From contig JBGSMW010000022.1 in assembly GCA_041739985.1 (NCBI GenBank), positions 1 through 64,000 on the forward strand: a stretch of 64,000 bases of DNA, written 5' to 3'. Within the stretch, counting starts at the first letter, position 1, and the number at the start of each line of letters is the position of its first letter. The translations under genes and the position numbers were made by a program. The DNA is from Draconibacterium sp. (GTDB lineage: Bacteria; Bacteroidota; Bacteroidia; Bacteroidales; Prolixibacteraceae). Under the pieces are notes generated by a model, which saw only the letters and a program-made list of their open reading frames with translations, searched no databases and was not told where the DNA came from. This document shows positions 29,814 through 39,903 of the stretch, piece by piece.

Positions 29814-31454
29814 CTAAAATTCTACAGGTAATAAATATTTTACCGAAACAGATTTCCCACGTTGTTTACCCGCGACCCAATCTCCCATTCCTGAAACTAC
29901 AGTAACTGCTCCTTTTCCAGCTCCATCGTTGTCTTGTTCAATGATTTTAATGTCACTAACTTTCCCTTTTCCATTAATTGTAAAAGCAATTTTCGACTTT
30001 CCTTTTATCCCCTTTTCCTTTGCCAGTTTTTGTTGCATTTTAGAAACATATTCCTGTAATGCTGCATGTCCACCGGGATATTTTGGCATATCTTCAACAA
30101 TATAAAATATTTCTTTTTCTCCATCGGCAGAAGGTGGTGGTGGAGGAGGTGGTGGCACTGATTTGTCGTTTTTTGAATCAGCTTTTGGTGGCGGTGGCGG
30201 AGGAATTTCTCCAATATAAGTATTGTTGTCAATCAAAATTACAGCATCCTGCATAATGAATGTAAAACTGGCATTTTCTGTGGCAGAACCTGATGCGGAA
30301 ATTACATTTTCAACGGTTTTGAGCCCAACAAACGAAACTACAACTCTTGTACTAAGAGCACCCGTTGATTGATCAACTTTTGGATTTGGATCGACAAGGG
30401 TAAAAGTTCCGTCAATATCCGAAACAGTGCCAATTGATGTGCCTTTAATAACTATTGAAGCACCAGGTAATGGTTCTTTGTTTTTTTCATCCAGTACTTT
30501 TCCATGAATTGTAAATTTTTTTTCACTTTTTTGAACGGTAGAAATCGGATTTTCAATTTGAGCATCTTTTGCCTTGTAATTTGGTTCGGCAAAAGCAAAA
30601 AGCAGCAGCGCAATTGCGGGCAAAGCCAACGCAAATTTTGTCCGTCGGCTGACGGGTGTTTTCTTTTTCGTCATCATTTTTAATCGATTTGTGTTAAGGG
30701 CAAAATTCAGGTTGTTGGTAATTCCAATAATCTGCATGCCCATTAACTGGTTAATTAATAGTGCCTGATACCTGCCAGCATTGTGCCCCTGCGCAAGGAC
30801 ACCTTTATCGGCAAGGTATTCATGATTTTGTTTAATAGAATGTTCAAAGAACCAAATAAATGGGTTGAACCAAAAGATGACTGTTAACAGTTCTATAAAA
30901 AGCAGGTCGAACCAGTGATTCTCACGAATGTGCACTTTTTCGTGAGCCAGAATATCTGGCAGGTCTTCCTGTGTATGAAATTTCGGGTTAAAAAATACAA
31001 TGTTGAAAAACGAAAATGGCAAACCATATTTTTCGTTTTCAACAACACGGATCCCATCAAGCGATTTTATCCGATATTTAATCATTAATCGAATTAAAAT
31101 AAAGGTTTGTGTGAGCAACCTCAATAAAAACAGACTAGCTCCGGTAAGATATACAAGCAAAACAGCTTGTTGCCAGTTAAATTGTTCATCAGGTGATTCA
31201 GAGGCTGTAACAACAGGTATGTTTTTAAAAGTATCGGAAATTGATTTGAAAACTTTTGTACTGTTTTCGGGATCAACAAGAACTGAATACTGAACAGGAA
31301 AAAGTGGCAGAAAAATAGCTGCGAATAAAGCGGTTAACAAAAACCAGCGGTTTGCTGTGTAAAAGGTTTCTTTTCGCAGGAAAAACCAATAAACAAGGTA
31401 AAACAATACAATTCCCGACGATGCTTTTAGCAGAAATATAAAAATTGTTTCCAT
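29814..31454 (-). CDS. BlaR1-like M56 peptidase / signal transducer fused to carboxypeptidase-regulatory-like and TonB C-terminal domains
   Basis: 546 aa. N-terminal TM region with HExxH 'AHEKVH'. Pro-rich linker PPPPPPKADS...PPPPPPPPS. 'IHGKVLD...GASIVIKGTSIGTVSDIDGTFTL' looks like a CarbopepD_reg domain. The C-terminal TonB-like domain ends KYLLPVEF. Confidence 0.65.
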   Translation of the reverse strand: METIFIFLLKASSGIVLFYLVYWFFLRKETFYTANRWFLLTALFAAIFLPLFPVQYSVLVDPENSTKVFKSISDTFKNIPVVTASESPDEQFNWQQAVLLVYLTGASLFLLRLLTQTFILIRLMIKYRIKSLDGIRVVENEKYGLPFSFFNIVFFNPKFHTQEDLPDILAHEKVHIRENHWFDLLFIELLTVIFWFNPFIWFFEHSIKQNHEYLADKGVLAQGHNAGRYQALLINQLMGMQIIGITNNLNFALNTNRLKMMTKKKTPVSRRTKFALALPAIALLLFAFAEPNYKAKDAQIENPISTVQKSEKKFTIHGKVLDEKNKEPLPGASIVIKGTSIGTVSDIDGTFTLVDPNPKVDQSTGALSTRVVVSFVGLKTVENVISASGSATENASFTFIMQDAVILIDNNTYIGEIPPPPPPKADSKNDKSVPPPPPPPPSADGEKEIFYIVEDMPKYPGGHAALQEYVSKMQQKLAKEKGIKGKSKIAFTINGKGKVSDIKIIEQDNDGAGKGAVTVVSGMGDWVAGKQRGKSVSVKYLLPVEF

Positions 31455-31459
31455 GGCTT

Positions 31460-31846
31460 TTATTTGATATCGTCTTTGTTTAATTCACTTTCGGTGATTT
31501 TAAGCATCTTCTCCAGTTCGGTAATGCTCAAATTATTTTCTTTTGCAAAAAAGGTTGCCATTTTCGGAAATGAACCGTTAAAATAGTCGCTCAGCAAAGT
31601 TCTAAATTGAAAACCTGTGTACTCCTTTTTACTGATTTCGGGAAGAAACAGGTTTACATTTCCAATTTTTTTTCTCGTAACAAAACCTTTTTTCTCCAAA
31701 ACAGATAGAACTGTCGCAACTGTTGTATAAGCAGGCCGCGGTTCATCAAAACCTTCAACAACATCTTTTACAACTCCTTCCCTTAAATTCCAGAGTATTT
31801 GCATTACTTGTTCTTCAGCCTTTGTTAGCGATATTATTGTTTTCAT
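31460..31846 (-). CDS. BlaI/MecI/CopY family transcriptional repressor
   Basis: 128 aa. Winged-helix N-terminus 'LTKAEEQVMQILW'. Sits directly upstream of, and co-oriented with, the M56 gene. Confidence 0.7.
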   Translation of the reverse strand: MKTIISLTKAEEQVMQILWNLREGVVKDVVEGFDEPRPAYTTVATVLSVLEKKGFVTRKKIGNVNLFLPEISKKEYTGFQFRTLLSDYFNGSFPKMATFFAKENNLSITELEKMLKITESELNKDDIK

Positions 31847-31982
31847 GTTAAATATATTTTCAATGAGTCTTGAGAATAATAATTGTACTAATAATATTCT
31901 ACTACAAACATAGTAATTGAATTTAACAGATGCAACTATTTTTATAATAAAATTACTATGTATATAGTAATTAATTTTTTTT

Positions 31983-32015
31983 CAAAAAAAAAGCTGTCTA
32001 AAAAACAGACAGCTT
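31983..32015 (-). terminator. rho-independent terminator of the lipoprotein gene
   Basis: Stem agctgtct / agacagct (31992-99 / 32007-14), loop aaaaaac. On the minus strand it is followed by U9 (top-strand A-run 31984-31992). Confidence 0.65.
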
Positions 32016-32035
32016 TTACAGTAATTTATTTAAAA

Positions 32036-32764
32036 TTAGTTTGTTCCCCATGTAATCTGAGATTCTCCAACCGAAATTTCCTGAATATTATATGCAGCAT
32101 TTGAACTGTTTGCATCCGCATCATTCGTGTATGCATTTATTTGTAGCAGATAAGTTTGTCCTTCAACGGCGGCTTCGCTCCAGTAACCGGATTTGGTTGA
32201 GCTGGTTACAGTATATTTGAGAACATTGGAAGCTACACTATACCCTGAAAAAATGAGTTTACCACTTGTATTGTACATTTTAATAAAATAACCATCGGTT
32301 TCGGGAATTGCGTTCCATTCAGTTTCAAGTGTTATTGGCGAACCACTGAAATTTATTTTGCTAAATTCAGGAACCGCCAGCCCGTCATAACTCAATACAT
32401 CCGGTACAACCTGTGTTTCACCATCCATATCTTTAACTGTAAATGAATAACTTCCTTCTACAGGTGCAGTGCTTGTATAATCCGAATTTTCAGGTTCTTT
32501 TCCTAAATTGAAATTTGAACCGGACTGGGCTGCAAGCGCCACATTTCCTCCGTCGTTTGGGATTGCCACAGTTGCGCTCATTAAACTTTTATTGGCATAT
32601 GCATAATAGGCTGTTGCTGATTTAACTTCCCCGTCAAAATCCTTGTTAATCACATAAACATCGGTTAAAACCTCCAGTTTTTCTTCAACATCATTACACG
32701 AAACGGCAGTAATTCCTGCTAAAATCAAGAAAATAGAATTCTTTAAAAATCTTTTTGTTTTCAT
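32036..32764 (-). CDS. hypothetical lipoprotein
   Basis: Lipoprotein signal MKTKRFLKNSIFLILAGITAVSC. The ORF track starts 6 codons earlier at 32782. No recognizable catalytic motif. Confidence 0.55.
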   Translation of the reverse strand: MKTKRFLKNSIFLILAGITAVSCNDVEEKLEVLTDVYVINKDFDGEVKSATAYYAYANKSLMSATVAIPNDGGNVALAAQSGSNFNLGKEPENSDYTSTAPVEGSYSFTVKDMDGETQVVPDVLSYDGLAVPEFSKINFSGSPITLETEWNAIPETDGYFIKMYNTSGKLIFSGYSVASNVLKYTVTSSTKSGYWSEAAVEGQTYLLQINAYTNDADANSSNAAYNIQEISVGESQITWGTN

Positions 32765-32925
32765 TTTATTGTTATTAATCATTTTAAAAATAATGGCCTT
32801 GTGGAATTAAAACGTAAAACCACCAAAACCAATATTAGTAAGATTGAGAAATTTTGGAATGGTTGCGTGTTCAAAGAAAAATGAATTAAAAATTTAGGTT
32901 CAACCTAACTCCTGGATTGATTTAT

Positions 32926-35900
32926 TCAATTGTTTTTAATGTACTGAATTATCTCTTTCAGCAAATAATCAGCAGTTTCAACATTAAAAATATTCTGAAA
33001 TGTGAGTGTGAGTTTATGGTTTGTTTCCTTGAGTTTACCATTTCCTGTTTTTTGAATGTACTGAACAATTTTCATAAATTCAGCCGATTGGTAAAATTTT
33101 GATTGCTGGTCGGAAACAAAATAGCAAATCATGTTTTTGTTTTTCAATATGATTTTTTCCATGCTCAGTTCGATTGCTTTCCATCGCAATCTTACCACTT
33201 CGAGCAATTCATTGCTTTCCTGCGGCATTTTTCCAAACCTGTCGATCAAACCGGTTTTAAACAATTCAAGTTGCTGTTCATTTTCAATATTATCGAGTTC
33301 GCGGTAAAGCAACATTCGTTCTGAAGTACCTTTTATATAATCATCGGGGAAAAGCAATTCAAGGTCAGTATCAATCTGGCAATCGTTAACGAAATTGAGT
33401 TTTAGAAAGGCCTGTGTTTGTTGTTTGCTATCGTCATCGTCGAACAACCCGGCAAATTCTTCCTGTTTCAATTCCTGCACGGCTTCGCTCAAAATGCGGT
33501 GGTAAGTGTCGAACCCGATGTCGGCAATAAAACCACTTTGCTCGGCGCCGAGCATATTTCCAGCACCGCGGATATCGAGATCCTGCATGGCAATATTAAA
33601 ACCACTTCCCAAATCAGAAAACTCCTCAATTGCTTTTAAACGGCGACGTGCATCGGCATTAACTGTTGCCAGTGGCGGAGTAATCAGGTAACAAAATGCC
33701 TTTTTGTTTGAGCGGCCAACCCTGCCGCGGAGTTGGTGTAAGTCACTCAACCCAAAGTTTTCGGCATGGTTTATAATTATTGTGTTTGCATTCGGAATAT
33801 CCAATCCCGATTCGATAATTGTTGTGGCAATTAGTACATCAAAATTCCCGTTTATAAAATCGAGCATCACTTTTTCAAGTTTTGGCCCATCCATTTGTCC
33901 GTGGCCGACTCCGGTTTTTATTCCCGGAACAATTTTTTTCAAGGTTGCTTCAACTTCATAAATGTTTGAAACCCGGTTGTGGATAAAGAAAACCTGTCCG
34001 TTTCGTTCAACCTCGTGCGTAATTGCATCGTGGATCATCTGTTCATTAAAACCGTGTACTTCTGTATTAATTGGGTAGCGGTTTGGTGGTGCCGTCTGAA
34101 TAATGGACAAATCCCGTGCACCCATCAAAGAAAACTGCAAAGTTCGCGGAATTGGTGTCGCTGTTAAAGTCAAAGTATCAACATTTACCTTGAACTGTTT
34201 CAATTTTTCTTTTACAGAAACCCCAAATTTTTGTTCTTCATCGATTACAAGTAAACCAAGATTTTTAAACTTAACATCCTTGCTAACCACACGGTGTGTG
34301 CCGATTATAATATCAATTTTTCCATCGGACAAATCCTTTAAAGTTTCTTTTATTTCTGAAGTAGTTTTTAACCGGCTGACGTATTCAATGCGAACCGGAA
34401 AATCTTTTAATCTCTCCGAAAAGGTTTTATAATGTTGAAGTGCCAAAATAGTTGTCGGTACCAAAACTGCTACCTGTTTACTGTCGGCAACTGCTTTAAA
34501 AGCTGCACGAATCGCCACTTCTGTTTTTCCAAAACCCACATCGCCGCAAACAAGTCTGTCCATTGGGATCAGTTTTTCCATATCATTTTTTACAGCAATA
34601 GTGGCTTTTTCCTGATCGGGTGTGTCTTCGTAAATAAATGATGCTTCCAACTCGGTTTGCATATAAGTATCTGGCGAAAAAGCAAAACCTTCTTCACTGC
34701 GACGCCTCGCGTACAAGGCAATCAGCTCTTTCGCAATGTCTTTAACCTTGGCTTTGGTACGGCTTTTCATTTTTTGCCATGCACCGGTTCCGAGTTTATT
34801 AATGTTGGGTTCGGTTCCCTCTTTTCCTTTGAATTTAGATATTCGGTGGAGTGAATGGATACTTACCAAAAGTGAATCGTTGTCTTTGTACACAAGCCGG
34901 ATTGCTTCCTGCATTTTCCCGTTTACCTCGGTTCTTACAAGTCCGGCAAATTTTCCGATCCCGTGGTCGATATGCACTACATAGTCGCCCTGATGCAGCA
35001 TATTCAACTCTTTTAGCGAAATAGCCTCGCGTTCGGCTTTTCGGTTTTTGAGTTTAAAACGGTGATAACGTTCAAAAATCTGATGGTCAGTATAACAGCA
35101 TAATTTCAGGTCGTGGTCGATAAAACCTTCGTGAAGAGTAAAGCTAACCGGGTTAAAATTCACGCTCACTTCTGTGTCTTCAAAAATTGACTGCAAGCGC
35201 TCAATTTGCTTTTCCTGATTTGAAAGAATAAAAATTTTGTAACCATTTTTGCTGAATTCGGAAAGGTTTTCACCCAGTAGTTCAAAGTTTTTGTTGAAAA
35301 CGGGTTGTTTCGAATTGGAAAATTCAAAATGGGCGGTTGGTTCAAATGCCAAATCAGAATCAAATTCAAAAACGGTATTTTTGGCCATTTCTGATTTTAA
35401 AACCTGACCTGAAACAATTTCATGTTGAATGTTTTTCTCGCTTGCCTTATCAAGTATGGTTTGCCTGTGGATATCGGTAACATGTGCAAAAAACTGATTT
35501 AAGTTATTCCCAAACCAAATATTTTCAGTTTGAAAAAAGCTTACAAAAGAATTACGGGAACCTTCAATTTCTTTATCCTGAATATTGGGAACGATAGTAA
35601 TATTTTCAAGCGATTCTTTTGAAATCTGGTTGTCTATATTAAAACTCCGGATCGATTCAACTTCATCGCCAAAAAAATCGAGGCGATAGGGATCTTCATT
35701 AGAAAATGAAAAAACATCCACAATACTACCGCGCACCGAAAACTGGCCAGGTTCATAAACAAACTCAACCCGATCGAAACCATATTCCTGCAAAAATTCA
35801 TTCAGGAAATCGATTGAAATCTTATCACCATTTTTTACCCAAAGTGTATTTGATTTCAGCCCGGCTTGCGAAATGACGGTTTCTACCAGCGCTTCGGGAT

Positions 35901-36273
35901 ATGTAACAATAATATATGATTTTTCGTTTAGCCAGATTTTATTCAGCACTTCGGTTCGCTGAACAATATTTTCCTGTTCGGTTTGTCCGTAATGAATCGA
36001 CCTTTTATAAGACGAAGGGAAAAAGAGGGTGTTTTCCGTAATCCCAAGATTATTTAAATCATCGTAAAAATAAGCTGCTTCCTCTCTGTCGTTCAGCAGT
36101 ATAGTAAATGTTTTTGAAGTTTTTCGAAAAAGGTTGGCGAGTAATATGGTTTTGGAAGAGCCAATAAGTCCTTTCAGATGAATTTTTTCACCCGGGGGGG
36201 TATTCAGTATTTCAATTATTTTTTTGAAATTTTTCTGCCCCTGAAAGTATTTTAGAAACTGCCCCGTCTGCAA
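32926..36273 (-). CDS. mfd: transcription-repair coupling factor Mfd
   Basis: 1115 aa. UvrB-like N-terminus and a superfamily-2 helicase core: 'LVCGDVGFGKTEVA', 'DEEQKFG', and the GRVGRS-containing motif VI region. Size and domain order fit Mfd. Confidence 0.85.
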   Translation of the reverse strand: MQTGQFLKYFQGQKNFKKIIEILNTPPGEKIHLKGLIGSSKTILLANLFRKTSKTFTILLNDREEAAYFYDDLNNLGITENTLFFPSSYKRSIHYGQTEQENIVQRTEVLNKIWLNEKSYIIVTYPEALVETVISQAGLKSNTLWVKNGDKISIDFLNEFLQEYGFDRVEFVYEPGQFSVRGSIVDVFSFSNEDPYRLDFFGDEVESIRSFNIDNQISKESLENITIVPNIQDKEIEGSRNSFVSFFQTENIWFGNNLNQFFAHVTDIHRQTILDKASEKNIQHEIVSGQVLKSEMAKNTVFEFDSDLAFEPTAHFEFSNSKQPVFNKNFELLGENLSEFSKNGYKIFILSNQEKQIERLQSIFEDTEVSVNFNPVSFTLHEGFIDHDLKLCCYTDHQIFERYHRFKLKNRKAEREAISLKELNMLHQGDYVVHIDHGIGKFAGLVRTEVNGKMQEAIRLVYKDNDSLLVSIHSLHRISKFKGKEGTEPNINKLGTGAWQKMKSRTKAKVKDIAKELIALYARRRSEEGFAFSPDTYMQTELEASFIYEDTPDQEKATIAVKNDMEKLIPMDRLVCGDVGFGKTEVAIRAAFKAVADSKQVAVLVPTTILALQHYKTFSERLKDFPVRIEYVSRLKTTSEIKETLKDLSDGKIDIIIGTHRVVSKDVKFKNLGLLVIDEEQKFGVSVKEKLKQFKVNVDTLTLTATPIPRTLQFSLMGARDLSIIQTAPPNRYPINTEVHGFNEQMIHDAITHEVERNGQVFFIHNRVSNIYEVEATLKKIVPGIKTGVGHGQMDGPKLEKVMLDFINGNFDVLIATTIIESGLDIPNANTIIINHAENFGLSDLHQLRGRVGRSNKKAFCYLITPPLATVNADARRRLKAIEEFSDLGSGFNIAMQDLDIRGAGNMLGAEQSGFIADIGFDTYHRILSEAVQELKQEEFAGLFDDDDSKQQTQAFLKLNFVNDCQIDTDLELLFPDDYIKGTSERMLLYRELDNIENEQQLELFKTGLIDRFGKMPQESNELLEVVRLRWKAIELSMEKIILKNKNMICYFVSDQQSKFYQSAEFMKIVQYIQKTGNGKLKETNHKLTLTFQNIFNVETADYLLKEIIQYIKNN

Positions 36274-36379
36274 GTTTTAAATTTTGGGCAAAGATAAAGA
36301 AATATTGGTAGCTGAATGCTTGAGAATTGATGCTTGATTGAACGCCTGATAAATGATAATCTCAACTTTAAACTTTGAA

Positions 36380-37153
36380 CTAAATTCCCTTTTCCCCTTC
36401 CAGCCAGCATTTAAACTGGTTTACTTTTTCGCGGGCAACCAAAAAATCATCATCAATTGGATACAAAATTTTAAGTTTTAAGCGCGAATTACTGTAAGAA
36501 ATCACATCTGTGATGCTTTTTAATGAAACAAGATATTTTCGGTTAATGCGAAAAAAAACAGATGGATCAACCTGCAATTCAATTTGCTCAAGCGTTTGGT
36601 CAAGCAGGTAATCTTTACCATCATTTAATTTTATATAAGTTCCTTTCTGAAAGCTATAAAAATAAAGGATATTGAGAGTTTCAGCCATGCGAATATGAGT
36701 TCCAACCTTTACCAAGAACCGTTCTTTGTAGGTTTTAATTTTCAGCGACGAGATAATTTCTTCGAGAGCCAAATGTGTAATCCCCGAAAATTTGGGTTGA
36801 GTCAGGTTGTCGAATTTCGTAAGCGCTCTTTCCAGGTCGGTTTTATCAATCGGTTTTAAAAGATAATCGATACTGTTAACTTTAAAGGCCTGAATTGCAT
36901 ATTGGTTAAAGGCGGTAATAAAAATTACAGGTTGCATAAATTCCACTTGTTCGAAAATTTCAAAGCTCAAGCCATCGCCCAACTGAATGTCGAAGAAAGA
37001 AAGGTCGGGAGCCGGATTATTTTGAAGCCAGTTAACAGCACTTCTCACTGTATCGCAAACAGCTAAAATTTGAGCTCCTGGTTTCAAAACAGCAATGTTT
37101 GCAGCAAGTTGTGCCGCTGCAAGTGGTTCGTCTTCAACAATCAGTATTTTCAT
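36380..37153 (-). CDS. LytTR-family response regulator
   Basis: 257 aa. Receiver domain 'MKILIVEDEP', then a C-terminal LytTR DNA-binding domain. Overlaps the HK gene by 4 nt. Confidence 0.75.
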   Translation of the reverse strand: MKILIVEDEPLAAAQLAANIAVLKPGAQILAVCDTVRSAVNWLQNNPAPDLSFFDIQLGDGLSFEIFEQVEFMQPVIFITAFNQYAIQAFKVNSIDYLLKPIDKTDLERALTKFDNLTQPKFSGITHLALEEIISSLKIKTYKERFLVKVGTHIRMAETLNILYFYSFQKGTYIKLNDGKDYLLDQTLEQIELQVDPSVFFRINRKYLVSLKSITDVISYSNSRLKLKILYPIDDDFLVAREKVNQFKCWLEGEKGI

Positions 37154-38208
37154 ACATTTTCAATTTGAATTAATGGCAAACTAACCCTGAAATAATTGTC
37201 GTTTTTTGTAATAATCATTTCTTTACCAGTCAGGAAAAGGTAGCGGCCGGCCAAATTTTGCAAACCGGTATGGCTTGATTCCTCCAATATTTTTTTAGGT
37301 TGAAGGTTATTTTCAACAATTAATTCAAATTCATCAGAAATAGCAATAACTATATTAAGTGGATTGGCTTGTGAAATTTCGTTGTGTTTTATGGCATTCT
37401 CTACCAATGATTGCAGCGACAGCGGAATTACATTACCAACCACCTTTTCGTTGGCAATAATTTCTACCTGAAGTGCTTCGCCGAATCTGATTTGCTGTAA
37501 ATAAATATATTTCCGAACAAATTCAACTTCATCTTTTAAGGAAATGATATCCTGGTCTTTAAAATGTAAAACATCACGATAAAACAGGGAGAGTTCGCGG
37601 GTAAATTCCTTTGCTCTCGAAACATCGATATCGATTAAACTTCCCAGCACATTCAGACTGTTAAACAGAAAATGCGGATTAATCTGATCCTGCAGAACTT
37701 TATATCTTAAAGCCAGTGTTTCACTTTTTACTTTCTCAGTTTCCTGAACCTGAATTCGCCAGGAATTAAAAAAAGACATGGCATAAATAATAGCGGCAAT
37801 TATTATAAAAATGATATATTCCGATATAATTGTTCCTTTGTTGGTAACCCAGAAAGTATCCCAATTCTGATTTAAAATTAAATCAAACCAAAACCAATTT
37901 ACTAAAAAAATTACCACAGTTGTGTAAATAAAGTGCAGACAAAGAGCAGTTAAAAGACTTTTAACCGGTTTATTAATCCAATCAATAAACCGGGAAGCAA
38001 ATTTTTCAAAGAAAAAGCCATTTAAAAAGAGTGGAATTCCGATTGAAATGGAATATCCTGCATTCCACAAATATGCTTCAACTGATTTTATTAATGTGCC
38101 GCCCATTAATAAACTGGTTCCCAGTCCAATTGCAATTGATATAAGAACAATTTTGAGAAGTTGACTGGCAATACTTTTTTTCACGGAAGTTGAATTTTGA
38201 AATGACAT
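37150..38208 (-). CDS. sensor histidine kinase (LytS/YehU-type, His_kinase domain)
   Basis: 352 aa. N-terminal TM helices. The 'LRYKVLQDQINPHFLFNSLN' H-box is typical of PF06580 kinases. ATPase domain with 'LVENAIKH'. Confidence 0.75.
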   Translation of the reverse strand: MSFQNSTSVKKSIASQLLKIVLISIAIGLGTSLLMGGTLIKSVEAYLWNAGYSISIGIPLFLNGFFFEKFASRFIDWINKPVKSLLTALCLHFIYTTVVIFLVNWFWFDLILNQNWDTFWVTNKGTIISEYIIFIIIAAIIYAMSFFNSWRIQVQETEKVKSETLALRYKVLQDQINPHFLFNSLNVLGSLIDIDVSRAKEFTRELSLFYRDVLHFKDQDIISLKDEVEFVRKYIYLQQIRFGEALQVEIIANEKVVGNVIPLSLQSLVENAIKHNEISQANPLNIVIAISDEFELIVENNLQPKKILEESSHTGLQNLAGRYLFLTGKEMIITKNDNYFRVSLPLIQIENV

Positions 38209-38334
38209 AAATTATTGTTGTGTCAAGATAAAGTTTTTTAATAATACAAATTTGATTTGATGAGATTTGTAGTGATTAATTGTTTTTTGATTGCGACAAA
38301 ATAATCACAAATATTTCAACAAATCGCATAACCT

Positions 38335-38982
38335 TCATTCTTTATCACCTTCATTACACTGTTTAAGCATTTGACTGTTATGTTCTTTTCCCCAGTTTGG
38401 TAAAAGTTCATTTGCAGGCATTTGAGAATCAAAAAGTACTGCAGCCTTTTCAAATAGTGGTTTTGCTTTTTCTTTCCCTCCACCAAAAGATTTTGGAGTG
38501 TAAAATGTATTTGTTCCCCTCATATAATACACCCGTGGATTGTTTGGATTAAGCCTTTCAGCCTCATCGAGTGATTCGTTTGACAAAACAGAGTATTTCA
38601 TTCCCTTTGTCATGTCGGTTATACGCAACTGGTAAATGAATGCCTGTAATGCAAAAATTTCAGTTTCAGTTTTATTTGACTTCATTAAGACATCAATTTG
38701 TGCTTGTGCAAGGTCAAGCAACTTATGTTTGTCATCAGCAGGCATTTCGCCAACTGTAGTTGCCCAGGTATAGCAAAATGCAGCATAATAACCAGGCAGC
38801 CATTTGTCATTTTCGGCATTTGCAATGCGCTCAAATTGGTTGGCAAGTGTTGTGAAATCAGCAGCGTTTTTTGATTCGTTTATTTTTAGAATGTTTGTTT
38901 TCATTGCTTCTTCGTAATTTGAAGAGAAAGCAATTGAAGTTAAAACTGAAAGAAGAACAGTTAATGCGATAATTGTTTTCAT
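38335..38982 (-). CDS. hypothetical secreted protein
   Basis: 215 aa with signal peptide MKTIIALTVLLSVLTSIAFS. Helical composition. No assignable family. Confidence 0.5.
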   Translation of the reverse strand: MKTIIALTVLLSVLTSIAFSSNYEEAMKTNILKINESKNAADFTTLANQFERIANAENDKWLPGYYAAFCYTWATTVGEMPADDKHKLLDLAQAQIDVLMKSNKTETEIFALQAFIYQLRITDMTKGMKYSVLSNESLDEAERLNPNNPRVYYMRGTNTFYTPKSFGGGKEKAKPLFEKAAVLFDSQMPANELLPNWGKEHNSQMLKQCNEGDKE

Positions 38983-39087
38983 AACTTTTTGTTTTTAATG
39001 ATTAATAATTTTGATTCAAATTTGCCTTGAAACTATTTGCCTTGAAATTGTTTGTTACCGAACTGTTGGATTTTAGGGATGAAGTGT

Positions 39088-39113
39088 CGGGACACGGACT
39101 TTCCAAGTCCGTG
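39088..39113. repeat. palindromic GGGAC..GGACTT..AAGTCC motif, copy A (in the 5' leader of the 38335..38982 gene)
   Basis: 'cgggacacggactttccaagtccgtg': 9-bp stem cacggactt / aagtccgtg with loop tcc. Confidence 0.6.
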
Positions 39114-39247
39114 AATATTCAACCTAATCTGAGTTATCAAATGGTTTTGATGAAAGAAACTCAAAGTATTGATATTTAAAAAACTAACACTTGAATTACT
39201 TTTTAAATTAATATTGATATTTTTACATTGAATCAAAACAATTCAAA

Positions 39248-39547
39248 ATGCTGACTTCGTTCGAAATAATCCAGTACTTAAAAAAAAATAAATCTTTTTT
39301 GCAGAAAAAGTTTTATTGTGATGAAATTGGTTTATTTGGTTCTTTCGCCCGAAACGAGCAGACCGAAAACAGCGATATAGATATATTGGTGGTATTTAAG
39401 AATGAAACTCCTGATTTATATTCCATCGAAAACGAATTAAAAGAATTTCTAAAATTACAGTTCGGTCGTGAAATAGATATTTGTTCAAGGAAATGGATTA
39501 AGCCCATTTTTAAACCACTTGTTTTGCAAGAGACTATCTATGTTTAA
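39248..39547 (+). CDS. mntA: MNT-type nucleotidyltransferase antitoxin (second HepT/MNT module)
   Basis: 99 aa with 'GSFARNEQTENSDIDILV'. Confidence 0.75.
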   Translation: MLTSFEIIQYLKKNKSFLQKKFYCDEIGLFGSFARNEQTENSDIDILVVFKNETPDLYSIENELKEFLKLQFGREIDICSRKWIKPIFKPLVLQETIYV

Positions 39548-39875
39548 TAAAGATTATTATATTTTACTTTCAATTCTTGACACTGTTCAAAAAATATTGA
39601 AATTCAGTGCTGGCTACAAAAATGCTGAGGATTTTTATGATAACGATCGCGATTTTGATGCCACTATGATGAATTTTATTATTCTTGGCGAAACAGTCGA
39701 TAAATTATCTGAAGAATTAAAATCTGGAAATGGTCATATAAATTGGTCTAAAATTTATGGGTTGCGGAATATTATTGCCCATCAATACTTTGGAATAAAC
39801 GTTGATCTGGTTTGGCAAATTATCCAAAATGATATACCTGTCCTGAAATCTCAAATAGATAATTTGATAGAATAA
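39519..39875 (+). CDS. hepT: HepT-like (DUF86) RNase toxin (second module)
   Basis: 118 aa. Rx4HxY motif 'RNIIAHQY'. Overlaps the MNT gene. Confidence 0.7.
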   Translation: MFCKRLSMFNKDYYILLSILDTVQKILKFSAGYKNAEDFYDNDRDFDATMMNFIILGETVDKLSEELKSGNGHINWSKIYGLRNIIAHQYFGINVDLVWQIIQNDIPVLKSQIDNLIE

Positions 39876-39903
39876 CCTCCGTTTCGGTTTGAGCAATTAC
39901 CTT

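Noticed and set aside
33103-35369. Chain of 60-110-aa plus-strand ORFs across mfd
   Set aside because: Antisense to the 1115-aa mfd CDS, which has helicase motifs.
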